64,000 bases of DNA from Felis catus (taxonomy: Eukaryota). Location: NCBI RefSeq assembly GCF_018350175.1, contig NC_058378.1:35588001-35652000 (forward strand). Reading direction: 5' to 3'. Positions 1 to 10,400 of this stretch are shown here, in pieces (position 1 is the stretch's first letter; each line of letters starts with the position of its first letter). A program made the translations under genes and the position numbers. The notes below the pieces were generated by a model. The model saw only the letters and a program-made list of their open reading frames with translations, was not told the origin of the DNA and did no database searches.

Positions 1-611
1 CGAAGGCAGTGAGTGCGGGTGGCGTTGGAAGTGGCGCCCCAGTGTCCCATTCGTTCTTCCTGGGCTTGGAGAGTCTTTCAGAAGCGCACGCTGCACTTGC
101 TCAGGTTAGGCCGGGGTAACGCTAGCTAACTCCTTTCAGACGCCCTGCACGGAGACGGTCTCTGCAGGGTATGGGAAGCACACCCCTGAAGGAAGTTGGA
201 GAGTCGTACGTGACCCCCGTGCTGCGCAGCCGCGCCTAGTGGCGCCGGGTCCCGCGCGGGTGCGCGCCTGACGCCCCACCCCATCCATGAGGAGCGCGCG
301 CCGGGCCTCGGCCCCATTTCCCGCACGCGCAGTCCCTACAGCGCTGCCTCCGCCGTTCCCCGCCCCCTCTCCTCTGGGGTTGCCCTCGTCGCTGCCTGAC
401 CCGAGGTCCAGCAGCCTCTGCCTTTCCGGCCCCCGCCGACGGACAGAAGCAGCCCACCCCGGGGCCGGGTGTGTCTTCGGCCCTCGTGGCTGTTCTGAAG
501 CAGGTTGGAGTGGACAGCGGGCGGCGTTGCGGGGGCCGGCGCGGCGGACAGCCTCGGGGGCAACGGCGGGGTCCTGGCGGGGGGAGGACAGGGTTGCGGC
601 GGGCGGAACGG

Positions 612-725
612 TGTCTCCTTCACTTCGCCCTCCAGCCGCGGTAGCTGCAGCCGAAGCCTGAGCGAGCCGAGCGGCCTCAGCTGCGAGCAGAGCGGCGGCA
701 GCAGCCCCTCCCGGGAGAGCACCAG
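612..725 (+). other. VDAC2: VDAC2 non-coding exon 1 (5' UTR); start approximate
   Basis: Pyrimidine-rich putative initiator (TCTCCTTCACTTC) downstream of GC boxes; ends at donor CAG|GTACGC (GT 726-727). Confidence 0.65.
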
Positions 726-946
726 GTACGCCGCTGTCGCGTCACTTGGCCGCCTAGGCCCCGACGGCCAAGCAGGACGCCTTAGCCACACTCGGGGTCG
801 GCCCTGGCTCCCTAAGATGGCCGCGCAGCCCCGCGGCTCTTCGCCTCCCTGTCTGAGACCCCCTTCTGGCCTCTTGACTTGTCCCTAACCCCCGTTGACC
901 GCACCTCTTGTCCCTCCAGCAGATCACCTCTTTCTGTGGCTTCGCC

Positions 947-977
947 ATGGCGACCTATGGACAGAGCTGCGCGCGGC
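947..977 (+). CDS. VDAC2: VDAC2 exon 2 coding part ([10 protein letters not shown]+C)
   Basis: Kozak GCCATGG at 944-950; donor GTAAGT at 978; acceptor CAGCAG at 917-922. Confidence 0.95.
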
Positions 978-3900
978 GTAAGTAGAGCAGAGATGTCTGC
1001 GGGATGGGGCGGGGTTGGCTGGGAGTCGAAGCCTGTCCACCGGAAAACCGCACCTTCTTTCCCCTGATCTTTCCAAGGGCTTGGAAACTCGCCCCTTTCG
1101 GTAGCCGCTCCACCGTCTGACTGCCTCAGCTCTGCGGAGGAGGGGCTGGGCTGTGGGATTTCAGATAGAGGGACTAGGTCAGGGGAGTTGGTCTGTGGAC
1201 GCATCACCTCCACCTCTTGAACGTGCCTTTGACGAACTCGAAAGCAAAAAGTTACTGTTGGATTCAGCCTTTGGAAGATTGGGTCAGTCACTTTTTTAGA
1301 GGAAGTAGTAACCCCCTTGGTGAGAGCACAAGGTCATTACACGTGCTCCTAAGGGCGTGGACGTGCTCTGTAGAATGAATGAGCTGGTATAACCGCCACA
1401 GATTGCTTGTCCTTAAGCCGCGTAGCATTGGCCAAGGACTTGAGTGCCATATTAATATGCCTAAAGTGCTTTTTGATAGTTAGTTGATGTAGATACTTGA
1501 GTGAATCCCAGTTTATTGTGTTTTTGTCTAAATTCTAGTATTTAAATTAACGTGTTAATTACCTATCTCTTCCCACTCCAGAATATTGGTTTCGAACTCA
1601 TGGAGGATACTAAGAGGTCTGTTATGGGAGAGGGCCTTGTTTCAGGTTTTGGTTTTAGGTCACTTGGTTAAATCAGCCTATCCCAGTGAATTTTGGCAGA
1701 GATTTCTGTGTGTATAGATATGTTTGTGTGTATGTGTTTGGTTCTTTGTACTAGTTGGGTCCCAAGAGGTGAGGCTGTAGATACTGTGTAAATTTAGGAA
1801 TAGAAAGTCTGTTTTTTCTGTTTTGGAAGGAATTGCCCAAGTTTATATAGCCACTTACTGTGGTTATTCATTTTAGAAATAAACCTTTATTGGTGATACC
1901 TCTTTCACGGATCATTAGAATACATATAGTTAGTGTAGCTCCTGGTAGTATCAAAAGAAGACATCTTCAACAAGTTGGACTGCTTCAATTTAAAGATAGC
2001 AGTGGGTGATAATCTAGTTCCTGGACAGAAAGTGGGAGAACAGGAACCTTAACACTGGAATGTNNNNNNNNNNNNNNNNNNNNNNNNNNNNNNNNNNNNN
2101 NNNNNNNNNNNNNNNNNNNNNNNNNNNNNNNNNNNNNNNNNNNNNNNNNNNNNNNNNNNNNNNNNNNNNNNNNNNNNNNNNNNNNNNNNNNNNNNNNNNN
2201 AGAAGTGAAAATGTGTTTGGATTGCTTGAGGAAGTTAATAATTTTTTCAAATTGTAAATATCTTGCTGTGTTGGTTTGTTTACTAGATACATTTTAGATA
2301 AAACTTCTGTTAAAATAGTAACAATCCACATCTTTCTCCACCCCAGTTTCCTCTAATTTTTTTCAAACTGTAGTTCATGGATTTTATTTATAAGGAAAAA
2401 ACAGCTGTGCTTTCATTTCCTTCAGATACAGCTTAGGTCTTGAGTGACTAGAATTAGGATGTTTAAAGTGTTTTTGCTTTGGCAGTGGTTATTCCTAGTG
2501 GTTTATGGATTTTTTCAAATGAATTTGGGTTTTCTTCTTGAAGATTTTGTTCCACATACACCCCCTCTACTTTGGATTATTTTTCCAGTTACTTAGTTGA
2601 TTAATCCTAAAGGAAGATCTCTTTGGGATAATTGTTCTAAATGTCTGTATTACAATAAACTATTGGTTATTCCAAGACTTAAAGTTAATTTTCTGATCTG
2701 ATATTTAGGTTTTAAAATGGTTTGAAAACCATTTTTTGTGCCATATATACACCAGAACACTAGGCAAAGCTGCATGAGATGTTCTGTGCTGTACATGTTA
2801 GTTTACATAGAGTAATTAAAAATCTTTTCATTTAAATGTTGTATCAACCCACATTTTTATGCTCCTCTGAATATATGAAGTTTTTCTGTTTTTTATGTGA
2901 TTTCAGCTATTGGTATGCATTTTTTATACAGAATAATCATTTTGTTATCTTTTACTCTCTACTTGAAGGTTTTGGGTTGGTGAAACTGGATGTGAAAACA
3001 AAGTCATGCAGTGGTGTGGTGAGTGTTAGATATCTAATAAATCCTGATGAACTGTTAAATAATTTTCCTTTTTCTTTTAAAAAACATTTTTAATGTTAAT
3101 CCATTTGAGAGCAAGAGCGTGTGTATGAGTGGGGGAGGGTCAGAGAGAGAGGGAGACACAGAATCTGAAGCAGGCTCCAGGCTCTGAGCTGTCAGCACAG
3201 CCCTGCGCCGGGCTCCAACTCACAAACTGCGAGATCAGGACTTCGGGATCATGACCTGAGCCAAAGTCGGCCCCCCAACCCACTGAGCCACCCAGGTGCC
3301 CCCTGCCTTTTTTGTTTTTCAGTGTTCATTCATTTGTTTGTTAGAAGAGAGAGCGGGAGCGTGCACACGCCCTTGCATGAGCAACGGAGGGGTAGAGAGA
3401 CAGAATCCCAAGCAAGTTCCACACTGCTCTGATGCAGGGCTTGAGCTCTGTGAGACCCTAACCTGAACTGAAACCGAGAGTCAGATGCTTAATTGACTAA
3501 ACCACCCAGGTGCTGCCCTGTTTTGAGATTGCTTTGGGGATGGTTATGTGTGTGAATACTGACTATTAACTGGTTATTTTGATAAATTCTTGCTGTAATT
3601 GTTAGCTCCCTTAGTGCATATAACTGATATTTATTAAAATTGATCATAATGTAGTTTCTTAATGCACAGACTTGGATTTCAGGGGTATTATATTGGTCAC
3701 ATCTGTCATTTGGCTTCTTTGGTCTGTAAGGAAGCCCAAGTGTTCACTGGTTGTGCAGCTTACCTGCTCAGAGTAATAGTACAGAGCAGTGACTTAGTGT
3801 TTGTTTTTGTGTTCCCACTCTTTAACCTCTTGAAGTCCTATATAAGCACTTGCTGTGCACTTTTGGCGTCACAAAAGCCTTCTGAGAAAAATGAAGACTC

Positions 3901-6900
3901 AATCCTTGTTTAAAGAGCTTGTTTATTGCTGGTTGGAGAGACAAAATAAACTTTAATCTGAAGAACAATCAGAGAAGTGTATCTAGTACTAGATTGATTA
4001 ATCAAAATCTTTGTTGGAGAGAAAAGGCTTTTTGTGGACAGTGGTTAAGGAACGCTTTACAGAATTAGGTTTAAGATCAAGAAGGATGTATACGGGTTGG
4101 ATTCCATACAGTATGTTTTGTTTCCATTTAATGTGTAACTCAATGTGGTACTGCTCTTGTAGTATGTACCTGGCCCCAGATAAGTCCCTTTAACAGCTCG
4201 TTCTGTTTTCTCACCTAAACTGCAGAGGTGTCCAGTTTGCTCCAGAATGTAGAAGCCTTAAGTGTTTGGTGATGGAGTGAAAGGTGTAAGCTGTTCCAGT
4301 GATGTCATCTGGTCCAGTTCTGGTCCCACATGATGATCTTGATTTTGTGTCTTGNNNNNNNNNNNNNNNNNNNNNNNNNNNNNNNNNNNNNNNNNNNNNN
4401 NNNNNNNNNNNNNNNNNNNNNNNNNNNNNNNNNNNNNNNNNNNNNNNNNNNNNNNNNNNNNNNNNNNNNNNNNNNNNNNNNNNNNNNNNNNNNNNNNNNN
4501 NNNNNNNCTATAGGCTGATGGATGGCAGTGGGTGGAGCCTCAAGAGTCATTGGTCTTTGTCACTCAGGATTAAAAATAGCTGCTTCCACATATTCAGCAT
4601 TCCAAGGATTTGCTAGAAGAACATGCTCCATATATATTGTTTTAGTAATGCTTTCCTTTTGTGTAGAGCACAGGAAAATGTGCAGAGCTTTCACAGTGCC
4701 AGTCCAATTTAATCCTCCAAAGGTAGATCTTGTTAATACAATACGGGAAATTGAGACCCAGAAAAGTGTCTTCTTCAGTGTTACTCATTTACTAAATGAC
4801 AGCCAGAACTGGATGCCAGGACTCTTAAATTTTACATCCAGTGTTTTTTCCTGACAATCCAGTGCTTTTTAGTATGGGCACTGAGTGCCAAGCCTTGACT
4901 TGAAATTCCTGTTAAAGCATTTTACATCAGGAGATTGAGTCCATCTCACTGCAGAGCAATAGTTATACAAATGTTCTGTTTTCTAAGTGAGGGATGATTG
5001 GCCTTTTCTTCCACTGATAATATTTTTGATATTTCCTCACTCTTGCAGGCATCACAATTTCAGGTTGAGTTCTATTAGTTAGATTAGCTGTCTTCTTTAG
5101 ACTTGGCTTTCCATTGGCCAAAGTGTGTAGCCATCATTAGCAGACAAATTGTGAATCAGAACACTCAGTAGGTATTTTAATATTTTAACTTGGAAGTTTG
5201 CCTGTCTGTATAATAAACTTGAAAGATTATTAGGTTTTTGGATTTTCTATAGCAGATTGTAAATTTCAGTAAGCCCTCCATATTATGCCTTCCTTTCCAG
5301 TTGGTGTGCAATTAGGGATTGGCAAGTTACTTATATTTGCTGCAAACATAAGATTATGTGGTGTGCTTCAAATTAATACCTGTATTAGATTGTTTTCTCT
5401 ACTGATATTATCTATCATACATAATATAGTTTACATCATGCATGATAAAACCAGTTGTAGAGCAAATCTTTTCCTACTTTGTTTCGTTTTTAATGAGAAT
5501 GTGAAAGATGTTTGGGAAGGTATGAAATCTTAGGAAAACTTCGTCTCAGAAAAATAGAATATTGGGGTTACCAAAGATTTTAAATTTTTTCTCATGGCAT
5601 GAATTCTTCCTACACTGGAGTGCTTTCTGTTGTAGGAATTTTCAGGAAACATTTCCTAATAGTGTGTCAGTTATTATAAATGCTCATTTTAGTGATGGGG
5701 GGGCATCTATGATTAACCATACTAACCTTCGTGGTGTTTTATTTAATATCAGGCAGAAAGCAGACAGTGCCAAAACATTCATTCCTCCCCGCCACCTTCC
5801 CTGATTTTTAAATTCCAAATAAAATCACCTTAGTGGAAGTTTCCTTAAAAGGTCTACAGTTTGTCGTTCATTTGAGAATTAAATACAGGTTAACTTGTGA
5901 TTGGTTGGAAATGTCCAGTGTATGTAAGGTGGCAGTTAGTAACTGACAGGCTAATTTGTTCTTGTATGTACTCACAGTAGCAGAGGATAGGAATATTTGG
6001 GAAACTGGAAAAAAGGATTAGTGAAATTCCTGTATTTTAGTGGGTTTTTATGTAAGTTAGGCAGTGATTCTTCTAGGCTTACAAGAAAGTTCATGAAGTC
6101 ATTTATTGTCTTACTAGGAATTCTCAACATCTGGTTCATCTAACACAGACACTGGTAAAGTTACTGGAACCTTGGAGACCAAATATAAATGGTGTGAGTA
6201 TGGTCTGACTTTCACAGAAAAGTGGAACACTGATAACACTCTGGGAACAGAAATAGCAATTGAAGACCAGGTAACATTTTGAACATGTGTTTTAGTATTA
6301 ATTTATTTTTGTAATTCAAAAAGGAAATAATGATGAAAACAAATTCTTTTTCTCTCAAAATAGATTTGTCAAGGTTTGAAACTGACATTTGATACTACCT
6401 TTTCACCAAACACGGGGTAAGCATGTAACAGACATTTTTATCTGCTTTAAATTTCATTTTTATTTTTAAGTAATCTCTATATCCAGTGTGGAGCTTTAGC
6501 TCAACCCTGAGATCAAGAGTCGTATGCTCTAGCAACTGAGCCAGCCAGGCACCCCTTTATCTGCTTTAAAAGCATTTCTGTATATTTAGGAAAGGTGCAC
6601 GTTTACTGTTTGATAGCTTCCTTAACTTCCTTGTGGTGGTGAATTTCTGTTTTTGCCTTTGGAAGATGATGAGTACTACAGTCGCTATTGTTGGCTTCCC
6701 TTCAAATATATGCCTCTTCCCATTGTGGCACTAACTTGGGTAATTAACATGTTTCTAATAGGCTTTTGTGACTGATTGCCAGTCGTGCAAAAAGCAATCT
6801 TCTGATGGTGGTGGAAGTCCAGTAACTCCATGTTCCCTTGTTTTTTTTAGCTCACTGAGCTGTATCTTCTTTACCTCTTAGGGTTATCCTACTACTGCTT

Positions 6901-7436
6901 TTACTCCCCATTTGTGCTGCAGTTCATAAATCCCTCTTGTGCTGTCTGTGCAGAGGTTGAGTGTGTAAGGCTTTCCCACTGGCATCAGTNNNNNNNNNNN
7001 NNNNNNNNNNNNNNNNNNNNNNNNNNNNNNNNNNNNNNNNNNNNNNNNNNNNNNNNNNNNNNNNNNNNNNNNNNNNNNNNNNNNNNNNNNNNNNNNNNNN
7101 NNNNNNNNNNNNNNNNNNNNNNNNNNNNNNNNNNNNNNNNNNNNNNNNNNNNNNNNNNNNNNNNNNNNNNNNNNNNNNNNNNNNNNNNNNNNNNNNNNNN
7201 NNNNNNNNNNNNNNNNNNNNNNNNNNNNNNNNNNCACTAATGTGTGAGTATTTGCTTTGTGGGTTATGGGGACATAGGACCTGGGAGTGGTATTGATGTC
7301 ACCTGTCATTTCTTATGAACCCAGGTACAATCTAAAGGATTTCTCTTAAAAAAAAAAAAAAAGAATTTCTGCCTTTTTAAAAGAAAATTTCTTTATTTAT
7401 TTTGAGAGTGTGTGTGCATGCATGTGTGGGAGGGGC

Positions 7437-7467
<31 letters not shown>

Positions 7468-10400
7468 TCCAGGCAGGCTCCACGCTGTTAGCGCAGAGCC
7501 CGACTAGGGGCTCAAACTCACAAACTGTCAGATCATGACCTGAGCTAAAATCAGGAGTTGGATGCTTAACCAACTTAGCCACCCAGTACCCCTAAAGGAT
7601 CTCTCTTAACACAAAAAGATCATCATCCTTAGGCATTTCCGGGTGCCCTTAGAAGTGTATAGTAAAAAACGTTAGTCTGACTTTTGGTGCTGAGAGAGTA
7701 AATGTTTAATTTATGTGAGGCTTGATGTGCTCTGGAGTTTTAGAAAAGGCTAAGATTTGCCAAATTACCAGTATGTTTGACTTGTCTGTGATATCTGAGG
7801 TGCTGAGTTGGTAGGATTGCCTAAAATGTATGGTGTTTTTACCTAACCCAAATTAGGTATGTATGTTGAAAGGATTTAAGAATTTTTCTCCCTTATAAAA
7901 ACAACAGATTATTAAATAGCAGAAGTACAAAGAAGAAGACCAGAATTTCTCATAATCCTAATCCTACCATCTAGATGTATAATCTTTGTTACCTGATAAT
8001 GTTTGGGAGTTTTCTCTTCTTATATGTAAATATAGAAAATACATATTACAAAGCCTGGTTTATAATCCCTCCCGTACTACCTTAATACATTTTGATAATT
8101 TTATTGTAGCATTCTACAGCATGATTATTAATGGCTGGGTGGTAATTCTACTGAATGATTTATCATGATTTGTATGACCTTACTTTGGGGCATACATTGG
8201 AATAAAGACCTTTTAAAACACGTTTTCAGTGGAATACTAGAGACCCATGTGAGCAGTATAACTATAGCATTGTTTAACTATAATTCTACAATATCAGCTT
8301 AGTGCTGTAGACATTACAGTGTCTGTTTTAGATTTACTAATTNNNNNNNNNNNNNNNNNNNNNNNNNNNNNNNNNNNNNNNNNNNNNNNNNNNNNNNNNN
8401 NNNNNNNNNNNNNNNNNNNNNNNNNNNNNNNNNNNNNNNNNNNNNNNNNNNNNNNNNNNNNNNNNNNNNNNNGCCAAATATCAGTTGGACCCCACTGCTT
8501 CCATTTCTGTGAGTACTGCTGTGGGCTTGGAGTGGGCTCTTTGCTTGTGGGAATTCATCTTTGGGTAGATTGAATTGTATTGAAAGTTTGAACCGTGGTT
8601 CACAGGATCCCTAGTTTACTCCTAGATTGGAATTAGAATTTGTAATGCTGCATTTTCTGTGGAGACAGTGTTAGAAGTTTGTTACCAGGTCATAGGAGTT
8701 TGTTTAACCTCAAAAGCTGCTCAGTTAGTGTGGATAATAACCCTGAGCTCCAAGCCTGTCTAAGCTCAGGTAAGCCAGTGTTTTGGCCCCAGGCCAGGAG
8801 TAATAGCATTTTAATTGTTACTTTGTCTTTCTATAGGAAATAGTAGTACTATGTTAGTTGGACTCTGTCTTTTTTTTTTTTTTCCAACGTTTATTTATTT
8901 TTGGGACAGAGAGAGACAGAGCATGAACGGGGGAGGGGCAGAGAGAGAGGGAGACAGAATCGGAAACAGGCTCCAGGCTCCGAGCCATCAGCCCAGAGCC
9001 TGACGCGGGGCTCGAACTCACGGACCGCGAGATCGTGACCTGGCTGAAGTCGGACGCTTAACTGACTGCGCCACCCAGGCGCCCCGGACTCTGTCTTTAT
9101 GGTTAACAAAATATCTTTAGATTTGATCTTCAGGGTCTGTGGTACAAATGCTGTTTTGCAGGTGGAGATCCCAAAGCTTAGAGAGAGAAAGGACTTTCCT
9201 TACTGCTAGGCCCAGAGCAGAAGGGGTAGAACCAGAAGGGGTTGTACATCTTTTGATTTCCCTCCTGGCTAGGGTGACCACTAGCTCATCCTGCTTTGCC
9301 TGGGACTATTCCAGCTTTAGCATTAAGAGTCCTGCATCCCAGGGGCACATGGGTGGCTCAGTCGGCAAAGTGTTCCACTTTGGCTCAGGTCATAATTTCA
9401 CGGTTTGTGAGTTTGAGCCCAGTGTCAGGCTCTGTGCTGACAACTCAGAACCTAGAGCCTGCTTCGGATTCTGTGTCTCCCTCTCTCTCTGCCTCTCCCC
9501 GCCTGCGCTTTCTCTCAAAATAATAAACATTAAAAAAAAAAAAGTCTTGCATCCCAAGAACTCCCTTCCACCTGTTCTTGGTTAGTTGGGGTGGATAACC
9601 ACCCTAGTCCTTTTCTTAGGCTTTTTTTTTTTTTTTTAATGTTTGTTTTTGAGAGAGAGAGAGAGAGAGACAGACAGCTTGAGCAGGAGGAGGGGCAGAG
9701 AGAGAGGGAGACACAGAATCGAAAGCAGACTCCAGGCTCTGCACTGTCCGCACGGAGCCCGACTGGGGGCTCGAACCCGTGAACCATGAGATCATGACCT
9801 GAGCCAAAGTTGGACACTCAACTGACTGAGCTACCCAGTCTCTTTGCTTCTTTGCTATTTCATCCTTCAGTCATAGTGGGTTTAGGGTAGAAGGGCGTGC
9901 AGTGTCTGAGAGTGTAGAGGCAAGGCACTGGCTCTATTTGAGGCACATTAGCAGCTGTTCCTGTGTGTCAGTTGCTTACAGGTCAGGCACTGCCTATACT
10001 GTATGTACTGGGAATAAAAGGAAGTTAAACCTTCCCCGAGAGTTATTTCTGTTACGTAAAGTGATCTTCATTCCTGAGAACAATGTTTTGATAATTTAGG
10101 CAGTTAAGCTTTAGCCTCACTCTTATTTTATGATAGCAGTTGTAAGCAGAAAGAATGAGAAGCACCCAGAATGCTTTTCCCATTGGCAAGGCAGTGATTC
10201 ATTTATTTTTCCCGTCTGTTTCCACTTACACTGTAGCAGTAAAAACCTTAGGATTCACACATTATCCTCTGGTAGCTACGCTGCTGTTCTTTTCAAATGT
10301 ATGTCCATGGCACCATCACAGATTTAATGCCAGCTGATGTAGCTCTCTCATAGTCTAAAATGGGAAGGCAACTTTGGCCTGTGTGCCATTGAGTGACTCC

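Larger units (their letters stand above)
1..1140. promoter_or_regulatory. CpG island / VDAC2 promoter
   Basis: Very GC- and CpG-rich. Multiple GC boxes, ETS-like GGAAGTG at 28-34, NRF1-like CGCACGCGCA at 322-331, YY1-like AAGATGGCCGC at 814-824. Spans VDAC2 exons 1-2. Confidence 0.9.

Noticed and set aside
126-1291. Many 60-160 aa ORFs on both strands in the VDAC2 CpG island
   Set aside because: Low-complexity Arg/Pro/Gly/Ala translations expected from stop-poor GC-rich DNA; no recognisable homology.
2741-2785. GGCAAAGCTGCATGAGAT resembles part of VDAC2 exon 3 (LGKAARD)
   Set aside because: Only ~16 matching nt, an in-frame TGA, and no splice sites. The true exon 3 fits the N-run at 2064-2200.
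2064-8472. VDAC2 as a pseudogene or with exon loss
   Set aside because: Missing coding segments coincide exactly with N-runs; all visible exons are intact with canonical splice sites.
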